Shown here: one piece after another, positions 50,511 through 58,530 of the stretch
How the letters are laid out: every line of letters begins with the position of its first letter
Numbering within the stretch: the stretch's first letter is position 1
Source: a virus
Strand: one strand, 5' to 3'
IMG/VR virus record: IMGVR_UViG_3300036770_003326
Span: 1-64,000 of that record
Length of the DNA stretch: 64,000 nucleotides
Translations under genes and position numbers: made by a program
Notes under the pieces: generated by a model
The model's database searches: none
Seen by the model: only the letters and a program-made list of their open reading frames with translations
What the model was told of the DNA's origin: nothing

Positions 50511-50897
50511 ATGAAAGCAAATGAATTAAGAATAGGAAATTATGTTTATGATACTTTAGGTAAAGTAAATACCTATATTGTAAAAGAACCACATAATCAA
50601 GTTAAACCAATCCCGCTAACAGAAGAATGGTTGTTGAAGTTTGGATTTAAAAAATACCCTGACATTAGAGATACATTTCAACAAGTATATTATGATTCCT
50701 ATCAACTTGAAATTGATAGATTTACTATTATTTCATTTTCTATCCAACAAAACAATAAAAATTTGATTAAGTGTAATTATGATAGAGGTTATAGGTCAGA
50801 AGATAATAAAAAAAATTATTACATCAAATATCTTCATCAACTTCAAAACCTATACTTTGCACTTACAGGAGAAGAATTAACCTTTAAATCAGAATAG
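50511..50897 (+). CDS. Cassette ORF, MKANELRIGN...IPLTEEWL...HQLQNLYFALTGEEL family
   Basis: Family recalled from Bacteroidota phages; runs repeat to repeat. Confidence 0.8.
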   Translation: MKANELRIGNYVYDTLGKVNTYIVKEPHNQVKPIPLTEEWLLKFGFKKYPDIRDTFQQVYYDSYQLEIDRFTIISFSIQQNNKNLIKCNYDRGYRSEDNKKNYYIKYLHQLQNLYFALTGEELTFKSE

Positions 50898-50898
50898 A

Positions 50899-51111
50899 AT
50901 GAAAACAATAACAAAATCAGTAATTAAGTTGTCGGATATTCCACAGCATTTACAACAAAATGTAGCATTACAAGGACATAAAATACATACTTATGCAGAG
51001 TTTCACATTGATAATTCAGAACAAGATGATTTAACATTGTGGCTATTAAATAAACATCCTACATTAAAAAGGAAAATAAGTTTTTTAATTCATATTGATA
51101 AATCAGAATAG
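50899..51111 (+). CDS. Cassette ORF, hypothetical
   Basis: Ends DKSE in the truncated repeat. Confidence 0.75.
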   Translation: MKTITKSVIKLSDIPQHLQQNVALQGHKIHTYAEFHIDNSEQDDLTLWLLNKHPTLKRKISFLIHIDKSE

Positions 51112-51112
51112 A

Positions 51113-51322
51113 ATGACAGCAAAAGAAAAAGCAAATAGATTGTGCATTGATTTTTTAATGAACATTGATACAGATGATTGTGATTTTGGAATGAATAAAG
51201 AAATGGCAAAACAATGTGCATTGGTTGCAGTGAATGAAATACTTGAAAGTTTTATAATAACTATCCCTAAACATCAAACTGAGTTTTGGGAGCAAGTTAA
51301 ACAAGAAATAATTAACCTTTAA
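51113..51322 (+). CDS. Cassette ORF, MTAKE family
   Basis: Start at the repeat ATG; ends NL* in a second frame of the next repeat. Confidence 0.75.
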   Translation: MTAKEKANRLCIDFLMNIDTDDCDFGMNKEMAKQCALVAVNEILESFIITIPKHQTEFWEQVKQEIINL

Positions 51323-51333
51323 ATTAGAATAAG

Positions 51334-51576
51334 ATGACAGCAGTAGAAGAATTAATACATTTTATTAAAAATGATAGAATGCAAAGTACATACACAAAAG
51401 AACAAATATTGGAACTACTTAAATTTAAGTTAGAAAAAGAGAAAGAGCAGATGATTGAATTTGCTAAGTACACAGAATTTATTGATACAGATAAAAGTGA
51501 TATGAACAAAGTAATAGACTTTTACTTAACACTTGACGGAGAAGAATTTGTTGAAGAAACCTTTAAATCAGAATAA
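51334..51576 (+). CDS. Cassette ORF, divergent TAVE / EKEQ family
   Basis: Repeat to repeat; ends TFKSE. Confidence 0.75.
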   Translation: MTAVEELIHFIKNDRMQSTYTKEQILELLKFKLEKEKEQMIEFAKYTEFIDTDKSDMNKVIDFYLTLDGEEFVEETFKSE

Positions 51577-51577
51577 G

Positions 51578-51779
51578 ATGGAAAACAGCAGTAGAATGGT
51601 TTCAAGAACAGTTTAATAAGTATTATGCTTTTTCAAAGGAAGAAATGCAAACATTTGATTGGATGTTTAACAAAGCCAAAGAAATGGAGAAAGAGCAGAT
51701 AATAGATGCTTGTAAACAATGTTCTTATAGTTATGAAGAAGCAGAACAATACTACAACGAAACCTTTAAATCAGAATAA
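51578..51779 (+). pseudogene. Frameshifted TAVEW-family cassette
   Basis: ATG+G+AAAACAGCAGTAGAATGG: one extra G; the shifted frame reads KTAVEWF...AKEMEKEQI...YYNETFKSE*. Confidence 0.7.
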
Positions 51780-51780
51780 G

Positions 51781-51858
51781 ATGATGATTGCAATTGTATT
51801 TTTCTTAATAGGAATAGTTGTTGGACTTATAATGGGTTACAACATAATGAAAAAATAA
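51781..51858 (+). CDS. Cassette micro-ORF, single TM helix (25 aa)
   Basis: MMIAIVFFLIGIVVGLIMGYNIMKK between two repeats. Confidence 0.6.
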   Translation: MMIAIVFFLIGIVVGLIMGYNIMKK

Positions 51859-51930
51859 TTAAATCAGAATAAGATGAAAGTAACATATAAATTTTCTTAT
51901 TATACTTTAAACGCTTTAAACTAAAATAAA

Positions 51931-52125
51931 ATGAAACAATTTCTTTTATATACACTCTCCTGGATAAGCCAAAACTTGGCTGTACCATTTTGGGTAGTAG
52001 GACACGTTCATTTGAGTATTAATGTATATGAAGATATTTACGAACTGCTAGCGTCATTTGGCATGAACGCAATTGTCCTAGCAGGATTTATTTACGATTA
52101 TTTAAAACAAATAAAAAAATTATAG
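51931..52125 (+). CDS. Small membrane protein
   Basis: 64 aa, hydrophobic; ATG within the degenerate repeat copy. Confidence 0.65.
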   Translation: MKQFLLYTLSWISQNLAVPFWVVGHVHLSINVYEDIYELLASFGMNAIVLAGFIYDYLKQIKKL

Positions 52126-52128
52126 CAT

Positions 52129-52269
52129 ATGAAATATGAATTTAGAATAATAAAATGGGATACACATTTTATGTTAATACCCACAATAGCAATAGTAAGA
52201 GAAGAAAATGGTGGTATAGGGATATCTTTAGTATGGTTTAATAGGGCAATAGAATTTATTGTGGGATGA
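52129..52269 (+). CDS. Hypothetical protein (46 aa)
   Basis: Translated by hand: MKYEFRIIKWDTHFMLIPTIAIV...; ATGA overlap with the next gene. Confidence 0.5.
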   Translation: MKYEFRIIKWDTHFMLIPTIAIVREENGGIGISLVWFNRAIEFIVG

Positions 52270-52505
52270 CAGAAGAATTTGTAAATAGAGCCATTGATAA
52301 ATTATTTATTATAAATAATAATTCTTTAGTCATACAAGAATTTAGTATTTATTTAGAATATAAGACTTGGTTTATAAAAACCCTTAAAAAACATAATAGT
52401 ACTTATACTAAAAGAGATTTACTAAGAATTTGGAGTGAATTTGAAGAAAAATATATTATAATCCTTAAAATTAAAAATCATGAATATACCTATGAACAAG
52501 AATAG
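52266..52505 (+). CDS. Hypothetical protein
   Basis: 79 aa. Confidence 0.55.
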   Translation: MTEEFVNRAIDKLFIINNNSLVIQEFSIYLEYKTWFIKTLKKHNSTYTKRDLLRIWSEFEEKYIIILKIKNHEYTYEQE

Positions 52506-52618
52506 TTCCCCTAAAACCTTACCTGAAATAATATCCTATTGGAAAGGATTTAAAGGGAATAGTTTTAATATTGATTTATACATAAAAATATGCTTGGCTA
52601 AAGCTAAATTAATAAATC

Positions 52619-52885
52619 ATGAAAAAAACTGAACAGCTTACTAGAGTAAGATTAGACGAACTAAGTTTATATCTACAAACAATATATCAGCAGTATGGCA
52701 AAAAAACTAATCAAGAATATGCTGATTTAGTGCAGCATCATTTTAAAGTAGAATGTAGTACTCAAGATATAGAATTTATAGAAGACTTAGAGCACCACAA
52801 AAAACAATTAGATTATGAACTAATATCCAGAAGAGAAGAATATTTTAGATCTCAAGGATTATCAAACTTTTTAGATTATGAGTAA
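52619..52885 (+). CDS. Hypothetical protein
   Basis: 88 aa. Confidence 0.6.
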   Translation: MKKTEQLTRVRLDELSLYLQTIYQQYGKKTNQEYADLVQHHFKVECSTQDIEFIEDLEHHKKQLDYELISRREEYFRSQGLSNFLDYE

Positions 52886-53126
52886 TAGTGTAATACAAGA
52901 AATTATCACAAGATTAGAAACAGAGTATGATAAAGCTCACAGTGTTGAATCTAAAAGTATATTAGCATATCTAACAGGGCTGTTAAAAAATAATTATGTT
53001 ATTAAAGAAAAAAATCTTTTAGAAAAATTTTACATTAAAGGCATAATGCAGAGTATAGATAGTTTTGAAAATGATACTATTTTAAAATCTTTTGACGATC
53101 TTTATAATCAAGAAAACTTAACATGA
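52878..53126 (+). CDS. Hypothetical protein
   Basis: 82 aa. Confidence 0.6.
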   Translation: MSNSVIQEIITRLETEYDKAHSVESKSILAYLTGLLKNNYVIKEKNLLEKFYIKGIMQSIDSFENDTILKSFDDLYNQENLT

Positions 53127-53338
53127 TGAAAGATAGTTTATTATTATTAGCAGCCGTAGCTATATGGACATACATGGGTATGTATGGCTATATTTATTGG
53201 ACACAAAAAACCAATGATTATTTACACAGAAAATGGAGAAGGGATGAGATAAAATTAATACCTATAATGGGAATTTTAGGTATTTTTTCTTATGTAGTGG
53301 GGCATATTATTTTTAATAACAACAAATATAAAAACTAA
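53123..53338 (+). CDS. Small 2-TM membrane protein
   Basis: 71 aa. Confidence 0.55.
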   Translation: MMKDSLLLLAAVAIWTYMGMYGYIYWTQKTNDYLHRKWRRDEIKLIPIMGILGIFSYVVGHIIFNNNKYKN

Positions 53339-53349
53339 AAAAAAAAATT

Positions 53350-53520
53350 ATGGAGAATTACAAAATAGTAGAAAATGCACATGGTTCTTTTAACATTAAA
53401 AAAAGAACATTATTATTCTTTTGGAAATATTTACCGCATCCAAAATATTCTAACGTAATATGGCATAGTAAGACTCGTAGAGGCGCACAAGCTTATATTA
53501 ACTTACTAGTTAAAAAATAG
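53350..53520 (+). CDS. Hypothetical basic protein (56 aa)
   Basis: Translated by hand: MENYKIVENAHGSFNIKKRTLLFFWKYL... Confidence 0.55.
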   Translation: MENYKIVENAHGSFNIKKRTLLFFWKYLPHPKYSNVIWHSKTRRGAQAYINLLVKK

Positions 53521-53551
53521 ATAATTATTATCTGTAAAATCTTAAATTAAT

Positions 53552-55306
53552 ATGATTTATTTAGTAACTAACCAACGGAGTTTATTTAATTCCGTTGGTT
53601 ATATTATATGTGATGTAGAAGAATCTTTAAAATATTTAAATAACCTTGATATAATAGCAGTCGATACAGAAACTATGGGTATGGATCCCTATACTTGTAA
53701 TTTAGTTTCTTTGCAATTAGGCGATAACGACAAGCAATATGTAATAGATGTTAATACAGTAGATATCAAAGTATATAAAGAATTACTTGAGAGTAAAACA
53801 CTAATATTTCATAATGCAAAATTTGATTTAAGGTTTTTATATCATCATAATATAGTACCAAAGAAAATATTTGATACTTTTTTAGTAGAAAGAATATTGT
53901 TTACGGGCATAGACTCTGCAAGAAAATCTTTAGATGCTGTAGTGCATAAATACTGCAAAATAGAACTTGATAAAACTGTTCGCGGTGCCATTCACAGAGA
54001 AGGTTTGAGTACAAGAGTAATAAAATATGCTGCTTACGATGTAAAGTTTCTTCATGAAGTAATGAGAAAACAACAAGTATTTCTACAAGAACATAACTTA
54101 ACTCGTACTGCTAGTTTAGACAATGAATTTGTTAAAGTTCTAGCTTATATAGAGTATTGTGGTTTTTATCTAAATCCTAAAGATTGGCAAAAAAAGTGCG
54201 AAGAAGACTTGAAAGATCTAAACGTCATAAAAGCACAATTGGATCAATTTATTCTAGATAATCCTGAAAAATATAGCAAGTATATAGACAATCAATTAAG
54301 TTTATTTGACGAAGGAACAAAATGTAAATTAAACTGGGCTTCTTCTCATCAAGTAATTCCTTTTATGCAAAGTCTAGGTGTTGATACTCTTACTAAAGAT
54401 AAACAAACAGGCTTATCTAAACATTCTGTAGATAAAAAAGTAATAGGGCCACAAAAGAAAAAACATCCTATTATTAAAACTTATATAGAATTTACTGAGC
54501 ATCAAAAAGTTGTAAGTACTTATGGTGAAAATTGGTTTAATTATATTAATCCTGTTACTAAACGTGTACATAGCAATTATCAGCAAATTATGAATACTGG
54601 TAGATTATCTAGTGGTCAAAAAGGAGATAGAAAGAAAAACTTACCACAATTGCCTAATATGCAAAATATACCTAGTGATTCTAGAACTAGATCATGTTTT
54701 CAAGCACAAAAAGGTAACAAACTTATAGTGAGTGACTATTCTGGCCAAGAACAAATAGTATTGGCTAATAAGAGTTTGGATCCTGACTTGTTATATTTTT
54801 ATTCTCAAGGTCTTGGAGATATGCATAGTTTTGTTGCAAGTAAAATATTTCCTGAGCTTAGTAATTTAACTCTTGATGAGATTAAAAACAACCACAAAGA
54901 CAAACGACAGATTGCTAAAGGTGCTGGTTTTGCGATAAATTATGGTGGTACTGGAATTACTATTTCTCAAAATCTTTCTATTTCTATGGAAGAAGGCGAA
55001 AAAGTATATCAAGAATATTTTAAAGCATTTCCTGGATTAGCTAATTATTTTAAACAAGAAAAACAAAAGGCTTTAAAACTAGGCTATATAGAGTTTAATA
55101 ATATTAGCAACCGTAAATGTTTTATAGATTATTTTCAAGACTTTACTAGATTGCACAATGATATTTATAATACAGAAGGTTTTTGGGAAAATTACAAACA
55201 CGAAAAAGAAAATAATACTGAAAAATTTAAATTGTTCTATAAACCCAAAGTACGTGAATATTTTATGAAAAAAGGTGATATTGAACGTATGTCACTTAAT
55301 TATCCT
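53552..55306 (+). CDS. polA: DNA polymerase family A, exon 1
   Basis: 3'-5' exonuclease DTET / HNAKFD / YAAYD; TGRLSS; motif A DYSGQE; motif B RQIAKGAGFAINYG; ends ...MSLNYP. Confidence 0.93.
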
Positions 55307-56148
55307 AAATGAATGGGACCTTACTCAGTGATGAGTATTGCAAACTCCGTGAATTGCTGGAAGGCTAAGGGCACGTCCGCCTATGCTAATCAGCAGCCAA
55401 GACTACTAGGAATAGTAGTAAGGTTCAGAGACTAGGTTATGGAGACCAGAACGGTCGGTAAAAACCCACGAGTGCGGAGCATCTTTAATTAATTATCCAA
55501 ATAAACTATTAGGATAATTAAAACAATTTAAGTATTTTTGCTAAAATATTAAAACTATGATAGCAAAAAAATGTAGTAAATGCCAAAAAGTACTTCCTAT
55601 AGAAGAATTTTATAAATATGCCAAAAGTAAAGACGGGTTAACACATCATTGTCAGCATTGTTATAGAAAATATAGGAAAGAAAAACAAGAACATTATCGT
55701 CAATATATGGAAAATCGTAGAAAAACTGATAATGAACGTGTCAAACAAATGAAAAATAAGTCTTGGCAAAATTTAGATCCTAGGAAAAAAATGTTACAAC
55801 AAGTTAAAAATCGTTGTAATAGAAAAAACTTAGAATTTAATTTAGAATTAGAAGATATTATTTTACCGCCAGTATGTCCATTATTAGAAATACCTTTTGT
55901 TGTAGGTACTAGAGATAATTATGAACACACATATAGTTTAGATAGGATAGACTCTTCTAAAGGATATATTAAAGGTAATGTTTGGGTAATTACAAAGTTG
56001 GCAAATTCTATGAAAAACTCTGCTTCTAAAGAAGAGTTAGTAGTTTTTGCTAAAAACATATTTAAATATTTTAAAGATGATGATATAGTCCGAACTGTAT
56101 AGAAATATACAGAAATATGAGATAAAGAGCTCATATAGTAACAAATTG
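55307..56148 (+). mobile_element. Group I intron (IA2-like) in polA
   Basis: Exon-terminal U55306 and intron-terminal G56148; P AATTGCTGGAA, Q AATCAGCAG, R TTCAGAGACTA, S GATATAGTCC; P3 CTCCG/CGGAG; P8 CATCTTTAA/TTAAAGATG; splicing restores NYP-IQGS. Confidence 0.92.
55557..56102 (+). CDS. Intron-encoded HNH-like homing endonuclease
   Basis: N-terminal CxxC...CxxC; SLDRIDSSKGY...GNVWVI...NSMK; lies in the P8 loop. Confidence 0.85.
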   Translation: MIAKKCSKCQKVLPIEEFYKYAKSKDGLTHHCQHCYRKYRKEKQEHYRQYMENRRKTDNERVKQMKNKSWQNLDPRKKMLQQVKNRCNRKNLEFNLELEDIILPPVCPLLEIPFVVGTRDNYEHTYSLDRIDSSKGYIKGNVWVITKLANSMKNSASKEELVVFAKNIFKYFKDDDIVRTV

Positions 56149-56403
56149 ATTCAAGGATCTTCTGCTGACATTACAAAACTTGCAGGTATATATTTCTTTA
56201 GGTATTTAGAAGAAAATAATTTAGTATTTAAAGTGCTTATGCCTAATGTAGTTCATGACGAATGGATTGTAGAAAGTCCTGAAAACATGGCTGAAGAAAT
56301 AAGTAAAGTCTTAAAACAATGTATGGAAGATGCTGGTAAATTATTTTGCCCTGTTGTAAAATTATCTGCTGATCCACATATCACTGATTATTGGGAGCAT
56401 TAA
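56149..56403 (+). CDS. polA: DNA polymerase family A, exon 2
   Basis: IQGSSADITK and motif C VHDE. Confidence 0.92.
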   Translation: MQGSSADITKLAGIYFFRYLEENNLVFKVLMPNVVHDEWIVESPENMAEEISKVLKQCMEDAGKLFCPVVKLSADPHITDYWEH

Positions 56404-56413
56404 AAAATAAAAT

Positions 56414-56806
56414 ATGGAAAAAGATATAAATTTTAACGAGTTTGATGTATTAATAAATAACTACGAGAAGAAAATAGAAATATTGAAAAAATGTAAATAC
56501 TATTACAATTATTTTAAAAAAGTAAAAAATTCTAAAAATAGTTACTTAGTAGAATTGCGCACTAAAATAGGTAAAGAATTATATGATATGGGTGCTAGTC
56601 TTACTGAAGTAGGCAAAGCAATTGGAAGAAATCATTGTACTGTAATACATAATAGAAAAACAAGTGCTCATAGGTATATAGAAGATATAGTAGAAGAAAA
56701 TGCTCATTACTGGATAGAAAATAATTTGTATCCAAGTACTTTAAGTGTGAAAAAATACAATCAACCTTATAAAGTAACTTTTAAATTAGTAAAAAAAGAT
56801 GACTAG
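56414..56806 (+). CDS. HTH protein, DnaA C-terminal-like
   Basis: SLTEVGKAIGRNHCTVIH. Confidence 0.6.
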   Translation: MEKDINFNEFDVLINNYEKKIEILKKCKYYYNYFKKVKNSKNSYLVELRTKIGKELYDMGASLTEVGKAIGRNHCTVIHNRKTSAHRYIEDIVEENAHYWIENNLYPSTLSVKKYNQPYKVTFKLVKKDD

Positions 56807-58052
56807 AACAGAAAGACAAATAGAAGTTCTAAAGCGTTGGCGATTAAATAATTATAGTGGCATATTTCAAGCAGCTACAGGTTTTGGTAAAACTTATACT
56901 GCTATTATGGCTATAAAAGGCATGGTGCCAAGAGCTGGAATACAATCATGTTTGATTGTAGTTCCTACAATTGCCTTAAAAAATCAATGGGAAAAAGAAT
57001 TAGAGGTTCATAAAGTAAATTTTGCTGAAGTATTAGTAATTAATACTGCTATCAAACAAAATAGAAATTATGATTTTTTAATTCTTGACGAGTGCCATAG
57101 ATACGCTGCAGAAAGCTTCAGAAAAATATTTGAATTAGTAGAATTTAAATATATTTTAGGCCTAACTGCTACTTTAGAACGTGAAGATAACCTTCATGAA
57201 ATAATTTTAGAGTATCTACAAGTAATAGATAAAATTACTGTTGATGAAGCATTAGAAAATAATTGGATATCTCCTTACACAGTTTATAATATTGCTGTGC
57301 CTCTTAGTGCTGCTGAACAAATAGATTATAATAAATCTGACAATGCTTTTAAACATTTTGCTGCTAAACTTGGCTATGGTGGTCAAGCTTTTAAAAATGC
57401 AGGAGCATTCTTAAAATCTAGTGATAAAGCTTTACAAGGCCAAGCAGGTGCTTATTATAATGCAATGAGAAAGCGCAAAAATATTTGTTTAAATAACTCA
57501 AATAAAATAGACGCAGTAGACAAGATTATAAAGAATACGGGAAAACGTAATGGCTTGATATTTAGTGCGACTACAGAATTTGCAGAAAGTTTGCAAGATA
57601 AACTTGGGGATATTTGTATGACTTTTCATAGCAAAATAACAAAAAAGGTGCAAAAAGAAATAGTAGCGAGGTTCAAAGACAAAAGGACTAAAGTACGCTA
57701 TTTAAGTACTGTACAAGCTCTAAACGAGGGCTTTAATGTGCCTGATTGTTCTTTGGCTATTATTGCGGGCAGTAACTCAACAAAACGCACATTTATACAG
57801 CAATTAGGGCGGGTAGTTCGTATGCAACCAGACAAACAAGCAGTTATCATAAACCTTTATAGTCCAGGTACTCAAGATGAAGTTTGGATGAGAAAAAGGC
57901 TAGATGGAATTGATAAAAATCGAGTATTTTTTTGTAACTTAGATGAGTTTTTAAATCAATTTATTTATGGAGATAACCTTGAGTTTGGCGCTGATGAAGC
58001 GGTCCAACCTAACCCCGAATCAATTGGTGTTACTGAAATTACTATATCATAA
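56799..58052 (+). CDS. SF2 (DExH) helicase
   Basis: ATGFGKT, DECH, TAT, LNEGFNVP, QQLGRVVR. Confidence 0.9.
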   Translation: MTRTERQIEVLKRWRLNNYSGIFQAATGFGKTYTAIMAIKGMVPRAGIQSCLIVVPTIALKNQWEKELEVHKVNFAEVLVINTAIKQNRNYDFLILDECHRYAAESFRKIFELVEFKYILGLTATLEREDNLHEIILEYLQVIDKITVDEALENNWISPYTVYNIAVPLSAAEQIDYNKSDNAFKHFAAKLGYGGQAFKNAGAFLKSSDKALQGQAGAYYNAMRKRKNICLNNSNKIDAVDKIIKNTGKRNGLIFSATTEFAESLQDKLGDICMTFHSKITKKVQKEIVARFKDKRTKVRYLSTVQALNEGFNVPDCSLAIIAGSNSTKRTFIQQLGRVVRMQPDKQAVIINLYSPGTQDEVWMRKRLDGIDKNRVFFCNLDEFLNQFIYGDNLEFGADEAVQPNPESIGVTEITIS

Positions 58053-58527
58053 TGATATAGAAAGTATAGTAGCAATATTTGGTAAATCTGAAGCGCTAAT
58101 TATTAGAAATAGTTTAATTGGATCTAATTATATTTTATCAGGAAATACAAAATTTACTGATACTATATTAAGCAAGAAAAATATTGAAAAATTACTTGAT
58201 ATAAGATCTGATGAAATTAATTTTTGGGAGTTTTATAATTGCTATCCTATTAAAGTGGGTCCTAGAGTATTAAGAGCTGCGGGACCTACTTCACAAATAG
58301 CATTAAAACACGAAAAAAAGTATTTAGCGAGAGTTAGAACTATTGAAGCACACCAACAAGCTGTAAGTGCTATACAATCTTTTGTAGCTAAACAAAAACA
58401 AGCTGGAAAATTAAATTTTCTTCCTAACATGGAAACTGTTTTAAATAATTCTATGTGGGAACAGTGGTTTATATTTATTCAAGAGACGGGTATAGAAGAA
58501 CAAGAATGGAATAATGATCAAATATAG
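57967..58527 (+). CDS. Putative replication initiator / helicase loader
   Basis: FWEFYNCYP...ETVLNNSMWE; immediately upstream of the DnaB-like gene. Confidence 0.55.
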   Translation: MEITLSLALMKRSNLTPNQLVLLKLLYHNDIESIVAIFGKSEALIIRNSLIGSNYILSGNTKFTDTILSKKNIEKLLDIRSDEINFWEFYNCYPIKVGPRVLRAAGPTSQIALKHEKKYLARVRTIEAHQQAVSAIQSFVAKQKQAGKLNFLPNMETVLNNSMWEQWFIFIQETGIEEQEWNNDQI

Positions 58528-58530
58528 TAT

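Larger units (their letters stand above)
47972..51933 (+). repeat. Dispersed 23-bp junction repeat AACCTTTAAATCAGAATA(A/G)(A/G)ATG delimiting gene cassettes
   Basis: Copies start at 47972, 48304, 48530 (no ATG), 49465, 49688, 49887, 50091, 50491, 50879, 51314, 51558, 51761; 5'-truncated at 51099 and 51859; degenerate at 51914. Confidence 0.95.

Noticed and set aside
49669-51112. Upstream-extended starts for ORFs at 49669, 50448 and 51095 (and 49015)
   Set aside because: Extensions only read through the junction repeat or attC site; the ATGs at 49708, 50511, 51113 and 49042 fit the repeat pattern
47992-51779. Diversity-generating retroelement as the source of paralog variation
   Set aside because: No reverse transcriptase in the window and no TR/VR pair differing only at adenines; variable segments differ in length
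47972-51933. CRISPR array interpretation of the 23-bp repeats
   Set aside because: Intervening sequences are mostly 200-900 bp intact ORFs of irregular length, the repeat is not palindromic, and no cas genes are present
53552-56403. polA as a pseudogene or naturally split gene
   Set aside because: The interruption is fully explained by a group I intron that restores the frame
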